The notes: generated from the sequence alone by a model not told the origin. 17,359 bases of DNA from Chlamydiae bacterium RIFCSPHIGHO2_12_FULL_49_11 (GCA_001794905.1 MGLW01000041.1:1-17359), one strand, 5' to 3'; counted from the first letter of the stretch, positions 7,858-16,045 are shown. Program-made: numbers and translations.

Positions 7858-8649
7858 ATGGACTTGTCGGAAACTTCATCAACACGGCAAAAAACTCCTT
7901 GGGGTGCCAGTTTATTTTCCGGTTTTACTATCGGAGTTACCGAAGCCCTGGTCAATCACCCCTTATGGGTATTGAAAACGAGATTTCAAGCAGGATGGCC
8001 TTTTACACTACGCCCTGCCGTTCTCTATCGCGGAATCATAACTCACATGGTCAGTTCCGTTCCCGTCGATACGATAGCGCTGGGCGCTGCAAGAGCCATC
8101 AATGAACGCGCTTTACCGGAAAATATGTCCCCGACGGCAAAACGAATTATAGCGGGTTTTTTCGGCGGCATATTGGCAGGCTTTGCCGGCTCGACATGTG
8201 AGATGGCAATGACGTGGCAACAAAAAGAAAAGTCATTTTCTAGAGCCGTCCGTATGATTGTACAATCGGGAGGACCGGCTCATCTTATGACGGGATCCAT
8301 CGCTCTTTCTTTACGAGAAGGAGTTTTCTGGGTCGGCACGTATTCGGCAACGAATCTCATTGAACACAACTTAAGAGCACGGGGAAAGGGAAAACTTTTT
8401 TCCACTTTCGTAGCCGGACTATCTTCCGGAGTAGTCTGCTCCTTTATTTCACAGCCTTTTGACAATATCAAATTGGTGATGCAAATTTCTCCGAGGCGGT
8501 GTAGCTTGATAAAGACCATTGGCGAAATGGCAAAAAAAGAGGGCCATGCCGCCTTCTTCCGGGGATATAACCTTCGGGTTTTACGGGTAGCTCTTGCGGT
8601 AATGATTGAAGGGGCCCTTAATAACGAATGCGAAAGGAGATTTTTTTGA
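7858..8649 (+). CDS. Mitochondrial carrier family (SLC25/MCF) protein, second copy
   Basis: NHPLWVLKTRFQ..LYRG, STCEMAMTWQQ..LMTG, and SQPFDNIKLVMQ..KEGHAAFFRG form three carrier repeats in 263 aa. Confidence 0.88.
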   Translation: MDLSETSSTRQKTPWGASLFSGFTIGVTEALVNHPLWVLKTRFQAGWPFTLRPAVLYRGIITHMVSSVPVDTIALGAARAINERALPENMSPTAKRIIAGFFGGILAGFAGSTCEMAMTWQQKEKSFSRAVRMIVQSGGPAHLMTGSIALSLREGVFWVGTYSATNLIEHNLRARGKGKLFSTFVAGLSSGVVCSFISQPFDNIKLVMQISPRRCSLIKTIGEMAKKEGHAAFFRGYNLRVLRVALAVMIEGALNNECERRFF

Positions 8650-9764
8650 ATACGCTCCGCCCTTTTCTTCTCGAAGAATTCATGAAAGAGTATGAATTCA
8701 CCGCACCCTACATGCTCTGTTCTTCGGTTGCAGAAAGTTGGTCTCTCAAGGAAATATTGGAGATGGCCGATCCGGAATTACACGAGAGGTGGCATACACT
8801 TTCTCTGGAATACACTGAACCGGCAGGAATGCCTCTCCTCCGCCATGAAATTTCTTCCCTCTACACCTGCATTGATTCGGACCACATCTCAACTTTTGCC
8901 GGCGCCGAAGAAGGGATTTATTGCACGATGCGAACCCTGATTAAACCAAATGACCATGTGATTGTCGTAACTCCTTGCTACCAATCCCTCTTGACCCTCC
9001 CCCAAGATTTAGGGGCCGACGTGACAAGGCTCCCCCTCTTGCGGGAATTGAACTGGAACATCGATCCTGATATGCTCAAAAAAGCCTTTCGGAGGAATAC
9101 GAAACTCGTTGTCCTAAATATTCCGCACAACCCGACCGGGAGCCTCATTGACAAAGAAGTGTTCGATCTCCTCATTTCACTTGCGAGACACTGTGGCAGC
9201 TATATTTTTTCCGACGAAGTGTACCGCTTTCTTGAAGTGGATGAAACTACGAGAACTCCATCGATAGCAGATGCATATGAACGGGGAATCACCCTCAATG
9301 TGATGTCAAAATCGTTCGGACTTCCCGGTCTTCGGATCGGATGGCTCGCTTCCCAAGACACCGATTTAACCCATGCAGTAGGGTCGTATAAACTCTACAC
9401 ATCGATTTGCAATAGCGCTCCGAGTGAACTGCTTTCCCTTATGGCTCTCGGTAAGAGGGATTATATCCTAAAACGAAATCGAACCGTAATGCTGAATAAC
9501 ATCGCACTTCTGGACAACTTCATGGAGAGAAATGAAAAACATCTTTCCTGGATTCGGCCAAGAAGCGGCTCAATGGCAACAATCGAACTTAAAGGCCGCG
9601 GTCCGGTAGAAAGCTTTGTAAAAGAGCTTGTTACAAAAACCGGAGTGCTATTACTCCCCGCTTCGGTTTTTGGTTTGCAGGGAAATTTTTTCCGCATCGG
9701 TTTCGGCAAAAAGACCATGGCAGAAATCTTGCCGCGACTTGAAGAGTTTTTATGCAAATCCTAG
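8646..9764 (+). CDS. PLP-dependent aminotransferase class I/II-fold enzyme (VioD/GntC-like subgroup possible)
   Basis: NIPHNPTG, FSDEVYR, MSKSFGLPGLRIGW (PLP lysine) and FRIGFG. Likely start is TTG 8646, which has an AAGGAG SD 6 nt upstream and a TTGA overlap with the carrier stop. The ORF track starts at 8628. Confidence 0.9.
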   Translation: MNTLRPFLLEEFMKEYEFTAPYMLCSSVAESWSLKEILEMADPELHERWHTLSLEYTEPAGMPLLRHEISSLYTCIDSDHISTFAGAEEGIYCTMRTLIKPNDHVIVVTPCYQSLLTLPQDLGADVTRLPLLRELNWNIDPDMLKKAFRRNTKLVVLNIPHNPTGSLIDKEVFDLLISLARHCGSYIFSDEVYRFLEVDETTRTPSIADAYERGITLNVMSKSFGLPGLRIGWLASQDTDLTHAVGSYKLYTSICNSAPSELLSLMALGKRDYILKRNRTVMLNNIALLDNFMERNEKHLSWIRPRSGSMATIELKGRGPVESFVKELVTKTGVLLLPASVFGLQGNFFRIGFGKKTMAEILPRLEEFLCKS

Positions 9765-10684
9765 ACCGCAAAGAAATAGAAAACGCCCTATCGATTGAAC
9801 GCGTCTTCCGGCTCATTGAAGAAGGATTCATTGCATATAGCCAAAAGAAGACGGTGATTCCCCCTGTGGCAGCGATGCAGTTTGAAAACCCTCCGGGAGA
9901 CTGCCATATCAAATATGGATATCTCAAAGAGGGGTCCTATTTTGTGGTGAAGATTGCAACGGGCTTTCCTCTAAATACAAAGTCAGGGCTGCCCGCCGGA
10001 AACGGCATGATCGTTCTTTTCTCAAAAAAAACCGGCGCCCCTCTCGTCCTTTTTAACGATGAGGGTTTTTTGACAGATATGAGAACCGCGATTGCAGGAG
10101 CAATTGCGGCTAAAACTCTTGTCCCTTCGCATGTTGAGTGTATCGGATGTGTCGGAACGGGAGCCCAAGCCTATTATCAGTTATCGCTTCTACCTCACGT
10201 TACCCGGTGCCGAAAAGTTCTGATTTGGGGAAGAGATGGAGAAAAAGCGCGCCGATTGGCAAAAGATCCGCGCCTTGGACACTTTTCCATCCAAGTGGCG
10301 CCCACTCTAGATTCCCTTGCCGCCTCTTGCAACCTAATCGTAACCACTACCTCGTCAAAAGCCCCCCTCCTCTTCGCGCACCATATCAAACCGGGAACTC
10401 ATATCACCGCTGTCGGAGCCGATGACATAGGAAAACAGGAGCTGGATCCTTCCCTTTTTCGCAAAGCAGACCTTGTAGTGTGTGATAGCATCGCACAATG
10501 CCTTTCCTTTGGAGACACTTCCCACGCCGTACGGTCGGCAGCGATCAAAAAAGAAGACTTGATGGAACTCGGAGCACTCTTAGCAAACCCCCTCCTTGGC
10601 AGAAAAAATGATACTCAAATCACAATCTGCGACCTGACGGGAATTGCCGCCCAAGACCTCCAGATTGCCATTGCGGCAATGTAA
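9752..10684 (+). CDS. Ornithine cyclodeaminase / mu-crystallin family protein
   Basis: HIKYG, VVKIATGF, LTDMRTAIAGAIAA, Rossmann motif GCVGTGAQA, HITAVGAD..GKQELD and DLTGIAAQD. Overlaps the upstream gene by 13 nt. Confidence 0.92.
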   Translation: MQILDRKEIENALSIERVFRLIEEGFIAYSQKKTVIPPVAAMQFENPPGDCHIKYGYLKEGSYFVVKIATGFPLNTKSGLPAGNGMIVLFSKKTGAPLVLFNDEGFLTDMRTAIAGAIAAKTLVPSHVECIGCVGTGAQAYYQLSLLPHVTRCRKVLIWGRDGEKARRLAKDPRLGHFSIQVAPTLDSLAASCNLIVTTTSSKAPLLFAHHIKPGTHITAVGADDIGKQELDPSLFRKADLVVCDSIAQCLSFGDTSHAVRSAAIKKEDLMELGALLANPLLGRKNDTQITICDLTGIAAQDLQIAIAAM

Positions 10685-10735
10685 TAAAAACTACTTCTTG
10701 ACAAAAAGTTGATAAAAAAAAGAAACTATTTCTTA

Positions 10736-12277
10736 ATGGAAACTGCAAAAAATATAGGAACTTGGATGCTGTCGTGGGTAGGGTATCCGGTTTCACCCAA
10801 GCCAATAGACACGCAAGGGAAAACATCTTCTCCGGAAGAAGTAAGTCTTCGGTGTTTGATATTTGTTAAAGATCATTTGAGTGACAATGGAAAAATTGTC
10901 AATAGACTTGTGCGCCGGCGTGTGCGGGTGCAAAATGATAAAGATGCCGAAGAGCGTTTTTGTAATAATGTGAATGTAATTAGTACTGGTGTTACTGTCG
11001 CAGGATACCTTGCTTTACCTTTACTTCCGGTCGGGGTGGCAGTTACAAGCGGAACGATTATTTATAGGGCTGCACAAAGTAAAACGGTACAAGGAGTGTG
11101 TAGTAAAATTGCATCTGTTTTTGGATATCAGCCAAACCCGTCCGAGATTGATACCGAAGGTACAACTTTTACGCCCTTAGAGACTTCAAAACGAGTTCGT
11201 GAAATACTACGGACACACTCATCCATCAAAGATTCAAAGGAAACTGCAAATACAGAGAGAACTTCGCCTGCCAATGGCGGTAAAACCGATGCTGAAAATA
11301 CCGAGAAAGCTTCTCCTGCAAATAACACTAAAACCGATGATGTAAGCCCGTCAAAGCATCAGGAAGCAAAAGGCAAGCCGAAAAACTTGATGATGGAACT
11401 TCTTAGATATCAAAGAAACAAGCAGCTTGCAAAAGAAGCTGCCAATGTTCAGTTTTATCTTTTCGGGGCCAGGGCCGTAGTTGCCACCGTCATTTCAGGC
11501 CCCGCAGGTCCGATAACCATGATATCAGGTCGATTATTCGATTATTCGATAACAAGTCTGGAAGAATATACCGGAGGGAAGTCTGTAATAGGAACTATTG
11601 CAAAAGAAGCTCTAAATGTATATGGGTTCATTTCCGACCCGGCCGATTTTATTACTCGAAGCACGATGGCTAATATTACTGATCTGGCTTTGAATGGTCT
11701 GGAAGTTCAAGATCCAAGATTACGTGTTGTAGCCCATAGCGTCACTGATCTTGCAGCGCAATCTTTAAAAAAGCAATTTGAAAACGAAACAAATGATTTG
11801 AAAAATGAGCTCGGCAAGTTACCGAGTCGAATTCTAGGACGTCTTCCATCAAATATCGCCTCCGGAATTACGGATGCCTCTCAGGCGATTGTAGATAGCA
11901 AACCGGGGCAAATCGCCTCTAAAGCTCTTTCCGTTATCCCGACAACATTGGTCTCTAATGTAATGAGGAATGTTGCCCTGCGAGACAAAGTGTTTAATGA
12001 CGACCGAGATTCGTTCATACCCGGAAGTGTACGTGTCGGAAATGTGGAGATCCCTTCTTACGTGTGTACGCTTGTTCTCGGTATGGCAGCCGGATTTGTC
12101 CATCGAATCGTTGACGACATTAACAAAGTACGCCTGCGTAAAGATGATTATAATAAATTGAAAAAAGAAAAAGAGAGTTCTTCATCGGAGGATAGGTTGC
12201 CACTTCCGCTTCCTTACGATCCTCCCCGATTCATTGAGGATGGAAATAACCAAAATTCACTCATAAATCCCGCATGA
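10736..12277 (+). CDS. Hypothetical protein with internal repeats and hydrophobic segments (possible effector/inclusion-membrane-type protein)
   Basis: Long ORF (track start TTG 10709; first ATG 10736) with no recognised domain. Contains a duplicated GYxxxPxxIDTxGxTxxPxExSxR motif and a 30-aa hydrophobic stretch. Confidence 0.75.
   Translation: METAKNIGTWMLSWVGYPVSPKPIDTQGKTSSPEEVSLRCLIFVKDHLSDNGKIVNRLVRRRVRVQNDKDAEERFCNNVNVISTGVTVAGYLALPLLPVGVAVTSGTIIYRAAQSKTVQGVCSKIASVFGYQPNPSEIDTEGTTFTPLETSKRVREILRTHSSIKDSKETANTERTSPANGGKTDAENTEKASPANNTKTDDVSPSKHQEAKGKPKNLMMELLRYQRNKQLAKEAANVQFYLFGARAVVATVISGPAGPITMISGRLFDYSITSLEEYTGGKSVIGTIAKEALNVYGFISDPADFITRSTMANITDLALNGLEVQDPRLRVVAHSVTDLAAQSLKKQFENETNDLKNELGKLPSRILGRLPSNIASGITDASQAIVDSKPGQIASKALSVIPTTLVSNVMRNVALRDKVFNDDRDSFIPGSVRVGNVEIPSYVCTLVLGMAAGFVHRIVDDINKVRLRKDDYNKLKKEKESSSSEDRLPLPLPYDPPRFIEDGNNQNSLINPA
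11243..11338 (+). repeat. Two-copy 48-bp in-frame tandem repeat (16 aa)
   Basis: TANTERTSPANGGKTD / AENTEKASPANNTKTD. Both DNA units end in taaaaccgat. Confidence 0.75.
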
Positions 12278-15126
12278 CAAATCCAATTGATACTAGAAGT
12301 CCGGAACATGTGAACCCTCAGGTATTCAGCTTGTTCGAAACAGTCTCAAGTATGGCCACGGTGGATGCTGTCCGTTATCCTATGCCCAATCCTTTCCGAA
12401 CGACCGATACATTGGGGTTTTTCGTACAATCCCGCATCAAGGCAGGAAGGAAGTATTGGAGAGGAAACGTCTCTTCTGACTTCTTACGCGCCCATTTTCA
12501 TGAAAAGTCTATAACAAGCCTTCAAAAAGAACTTCACTCGCAAACATTGGAACAAGCAGCAGAAAGAATCCATTCGCTCGCTTCTACAGCTAAAAAATAT
12601 CGTATCATTACTCAATCTTTAGGTATCCTTTCCACCGGTGTCGATATCATGACGACAATCGGCATATATCGACAAGAAGCAAAAGCTCGAGGAATCGAGA
12701 TGGGAATTACAGATGTTGTAGTTGCCGCTCTGGAGCTTGGATTGAATTGGACCGTACATGGAGTCATTACGACGGCAGTCCTGGGCTCATCCACAGTATG
12801 TCCTTTATCGATCGGCGGTGCTGCAGTGGATTGTTTTGCTTACGATACACTCATTAGTGATTATGTGCATCTCGCAGGCAAAACAATCCTTGATCGGATC
12901 AAAGGTGTCAATCAAGCATTGGAGGAGAGCTCTAAACAAACAAATCCTCTTGTTGAAATAAAAGTAATACCCGCTCGGATTGATCGTAATGGAAACATTC
13001 ATCCGCCTAGGATTGAGACACAATTGCGACCCTTGAAGCCTAACATGAATAATAATTCGAACCCTCCCGACTTCAAGTTTGATACGGAGCTCTTTCAGAA
13101 TGGAATCGACCGTTTATATAGCAAAAAGGTCTTGCCCCCTTATACGGAAAGCAATGAGCCTATTCTGCCTCAAAAACCTGTTCTCGGGAAATTTAATGTT
13201 CAGGATCTTCCTATACGATTTTCCTTTCCGGGGCCCATGCCGATGAAGTCAATCCTGCCCCCGGGGTATGATATACAATTTAGTTTGACCGATAAAGGAA
13301 TTACCTGGAATATTTCCGCTATAACACCACAATCCATTGGCATTCTTGCAACATTTTCCCTTGCGGTGGATATAATGAGAAACCTTGCCTATTATACACA
13401 TGATCCGGATACGCGGAGCTCTGAAAATTTTCAATGGCATTTAGAAAAGTGGTCCAATGCGCATGAATCTTTTTCCCGAAGAGTGTGGGATGGAGATTTA
13501 CTACGCCATCCTATCATGACAATTGCACAACCGAACCAATTGCAAGAATTGAGGACACGGGAACTTGGCCGGGCAGCCCATCAGGAGTCCATCCGTTACC
13601 ACTCTTTGGGAAAACAAGGAAATGAAGTTTCCATGAGGGCCCTTGAACTTGCCTGTGAAAAAAATAATGTTCCTATGAAAGAAAACCGTTCTCAGCCGCA
13701 AATTGATTCGGATAAACTGATGCATGACTACATTCAGCATCGGGATGCTCTCCTTCAGCAGTTTTCCACTTCCGTCGAAAAAAATCCGAAGGAAGCAAAA
13801 GAAATTTTGGCCCAAATGGAACGATTTTATCCGGACGACGTTGCTGTATCCTTGATGGAAGCCGATCTTGCAGAACGTCGAAAAGACTACGACAAGATGC
13901 ATCAAGCAATGAATAAAGCGGCAAGACAAACACGCAGCGAAATAGAGATGCTCGAAAATATCCGTTTTGGCGCCGACGAGGAAAAGGCGGCCTTACGTGA
14001 TCAGGTAACCCAGCAAAAAAGCATGTTGCTTTGTAACATCAACGATCGGCATTTTCAATCGACTTATAATCAGGTTCAAAATGAATCGAAAGATAGGAAG
14101 TTAAAAGCACTCAGCCAGTTGCAGCAACAGATGCAGAAATTTCCGGACGACTTAGGGAAACAAAGGATCTATCGCCAGGCGGCAGAAAATGCAGGCCAAA
14201 TCAATATTGCTATCCAAGAGCAAATGCACATTGCCGCGAAAACGGGAACTAAAGAAGACGAAGGGGAATATTTAATCCTTTGTGAGAAATATGGGCGCAC
14301 TGAGACAGCATTGAAATATTATCAGGAAGGCAAATGCCGCCATGAAGAAAATAAAATGCGTATCTTCCGTAGTGCCATTGACCATGACCAAAAATCATTC
14401 ATAGCAGCACTTGGTTACAAAGAGCGTATGCTTTGTTTAAATACTCTTGTAAAGCAGGGGCGCCTGAATGATGCGATTGATATCCAGGAAAAATTGTGTA
14501 AGGAACACCCTGACGATGCTCGGGAAGCTCTGACCTTGTCGCGATTTTACTTGCAAACTCCCAGCCCTAAATCAGAATTTCGGCGGTTTTGTCAAGACCA
14601 CCCTGAAAACAAAGAGCTGAAAAAGGAATGGTTTCGTAGTCTGCTTGTAAGCCGTGATATGAATGAAGCTAAAATGCTTTGGAAAGAATTGAAGCCCGAC
14701 TTTCAAAGGGAGAGTGATTCCCATTCGCATTCGGTAGCTTCTCAAAAGGATTTAATCCATATCTATAAGTTGATGGGAGAGGATCATGATGCGATTTTGC
14801 ATTGGAATCGCGTGGGGCCGGCAATTGTCTCACACTGTGAAACGCTTGCTCCGGACGATCCGGAGCTAGATTCCTTGGCAGCTATTTACCTTTTATTGGA
14901 AATCAAGAAACCCTTACGTGAGCTGTACGAAAAAAAAGCGGAAAAGGAAAACTTGACCGGTGAAGAAAAAGAGATTTTCCAGGATTTATGTTCTTCTCGA
15001 AATGCAAATGGAATAAAAGACGTTGCAGCACACACGGCTATTTTTGCCGCTTCATATCAAGCCGGTTATTATGCGATGGGCCCTCTTTCAGAAAGGTTTG
15101 CCCGTTGGATTAATGGCGTATCTTGA
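12274..15126 (+). CDS. Large hypothetical protein with an N-terminal hydrophobic region and a C-terminal TPR-like helical region
   Basis: 950-aa ORF with an ATGA overlap with the previous gene. Repeated helix-PDD/PEN-helix units (FYPDD, KFPDD, QGRLNDAI...EHPDD, DHPEN, LAPDD). Confidence 0.8.
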   Translation: MTNPIDTRSPEHVNPQVFSLFETVSSMATVDAVRYPMPNPFRTTDTLGFFVQSRIKAGRKYWRGNVSSDFLRAHFHEKSITSLQKELHSQTLEQAAERIHSLASTAKKYRIITQSLGILSTGVDIMTTIGIYRQEAKARGIEMGITDVVVAALELGLNWTVHGVITTAVLGSSTVCPLSIGGAAVDCFAYDTLISDYVHLAGKTILDRIKGVNQALEESSKQTNPLVEIKVIPARIDRNGNIHPPRIETQLRPLKPNMNNNSNPPDFKFDTELFQNGIDRLYSKKVLPPYTESNEPILPQKPVLGKFNVQDLPIRFSFPGPMPMKSILPPGYDIQFSLTDKGITWNISAITPQSIGILATFSLAVDIMRNLAYYTHDPDTRSSENFQWHLEKWSNAHESFSRRVWDGDLLRHPIMTIAQPNQLQELRTRELGRAAHQESIRYHSLGKQGNEVSMRALELACEKNNVPMKENRSQPQIDSDKLMHDYIQHRDALLQQFSTSVEKNPKEAKEILAQMERFYPDDVAVSLMEADLAERRKDYDKMHQAMNKAARQTRSEIEMLENIRFGADEEKAALRDQVTQQKSMLLCNINDRHFQSTYNQVQNESKDRKLKALSQLQQQMQKFPDDLGKQRIYRQAAENAGQINIAIQEQMHIAAKTGTKEDEGEYLILCEKYGRTETALKYYQEGKCRHEENKMRIFRSAIDHDQKSFIAALGYKERMLCLNTLVKQGRLNDAIDIQEKLCKEHPDDAREALTLSRFYLQTPSPKSEFRRFCQDHPENKELKKEWFRSLLVSRDMNEAKMLWKELKPDFQRESDSHSHSVASQKDLIHIYKLMGEDHDAILHWNRVGPAIVSHCETLAPDDPELDSLAAIYLLLEIKKPLRELYEKKAEKENLTGEEKEIFQDLCSSRNANGIKDVAAHTAIFAASYQAGYYAMGPLSERFARWINGVS

Positions 15127-15239
15127 TTCACTAGGTTTCCTCAGGGTTTGATCGAGGCGATTATTAGAGAATGAGCATGTTTACGTAGTAACCATCATCT
15201 GTACATCAAAAAACGGTATGAAACGTACAGAAATATGAG

Positions 15240-15404
15240 TAATACCAAACGAAAGAAATACTTTCACAAATTCGGAATCATCTAACGGTCACCTTTGAAC
15301 GATCCTTTCTCACTCATATTGAAAAATATGGGTTTCGAAATGATCGTTCAAATCTGCCTCGTTATCTGGCTCGAATTTATGACATTATTTCTTGCGTTCG
15401 GTAT
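15240..15404. mobile_element. 165-bp fold-back MITE-like/palindromic element, copy 1
   Basis: Reverse-complement match to 16245-16409 with 3 mismatches. Ends are ATACC(A/G)AACG(A/C)AAGAAATA ... TATTTCTTGCGTTCGGTAT. No transposase in the window. Confidence 0.75.
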
Positions 15405-15516
15405 AATACCAAACGAACCGCTTCCTGAAGATGCTTTTGGCAACATCAACGCAAAAAGCTAAAAATGTCAAAGATAAGAATGTCAGTCCCAATTGAAAAG
15501 AGTTTAAAGTAAACAT
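15385..15516 (-). CDS. Possible 43-aa small membrane peptide whose stop lies inside the repeat element
   Basis: MFTLNSFQLGLTFLSLTFLAFCVDVAKSIFRKRFVWYYTERKK*, with an AGGGAG SD 8 nt upstream. Confidence 0.3.
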   Translation of the reverse strand: MFTLNSFQLGLTFLSLTFLAFCVDVAKSIFRKRFVWYYTERKK

Positions 15517-15598
15517 ACTCAATACTCCCTTTGACTATCGCAATATAGTTCTGCTCGACAATTCTATACAAAACATTTCTTTATTTTTACGTAGGGAA

Positions 15599-15907
15599 TC
15601 AGGCAACCGTAACCACAACCCATTTCGACAAAGAATTAGAAAGAGCCGTCGTCATACAATAAAGTTGCACCCCCAAAGCCGCAACGCTCGCGCCAAACAT
15701 TTTCTTGCAAATTTCCTGTTCTTGAGGAAACGGCTCCGAGTATAAGACCGTGCGTGCGTATCCATAGTTTAGTTGACAAAAAAGTACCGTGCAGCCAATA
15801 CCATAGACGACACACGTAGCCCGAAATAAAGCTTCTTGAGGATTGTCGACCATAAAAGCTGCAGCCTCCCCTATAATATCGGAAGCAGTGGAAATAATCC
15901 TAAACAT
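15599..15907 (-). CDS. Hypothetical small membrane protein (two hydrophobic segments)
   Basis: 102-aa ORF filling the gap downstream of tRNA-Met, with two TM-like stretches and no recognised domain. Confidence 0.55.
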   Translation of the reverse strand: MFRIISTASDIIGEAAAFMVDNPQEALFRATCVVYGIGCTVLFCQLNYGYARTVLYSEPFPQEQEICKKMFGASVAALGVQLYCMTTALSNSLSKWVVVTVA

Positions 15908-15930
15908 GGCACAATTCTATTAAAAGGGTT

Positions 15931-16003
15931 TAGCGGCTGTCGGATTCGAACCAACGACCTGCGGATTATGATTCCGTTGCTCTGCCGACTGAGCTAAGCC
16001 GCC
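15931..16003 (-). tRNA. tRNA-Met(CAT), elongator
   Basis: GGCGGCTTAGCTCAGTCGGCAGAGCAACGGAATCATAATCCGCAGGTCGTTGGTTCGAATCCGACAGCCGCTA forms a cloverleaf with anticodon CAT and a GGC start. CCA is not encoded. Confidence 0.92.
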
Positions 16004-16004
16004 A

Positions 16005-16042
16005 CAAAAAAGAGGCAAGGAAATAAAATTACCTCCTTGCCT
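16005..16042 (-). terminator. Intrinsic terminator-like hairpin between the two tRNAs
   Basis: On the minus strand, AGGCAAGGAGGTA..TATTTCCTTGCCT forms a stem followed by CTTTTTTG. Confidence 0.5.
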
Positions 16043-16045
16043 ATA

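Noticed and set aside
4176-8649. Eukaryotic or giant-virus origin of the contig because of the MCF and ankyrin genes
   Set aside because: SD sequences, overlapping operonic genes, bacterial tRNA-fMet and LysE/AGCS/GT9 genes indicate a bacterial chromosome.
6801-9764. Calling the locus a guanitoxin cluster
   Set aside because: No genes for the downstream steps (N-hydroxylase, kinase, dedicated methyltransferases, aldolase) are in the window, and orthology to GntB/GntC is untested.
10698-10735. Perfect TTGACA upstream of the orphan gene pair
   Set aside because: No acceptable -10 hexamer at 16-18 bp spacing.
15931-16003. tRNA-Ile2(CAT) assignment
   Set aside because: The GGC-starting acceptor stem and overall sequence fit elongator tRNA-Met better. 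An isotype-specific covariance model would settle this.
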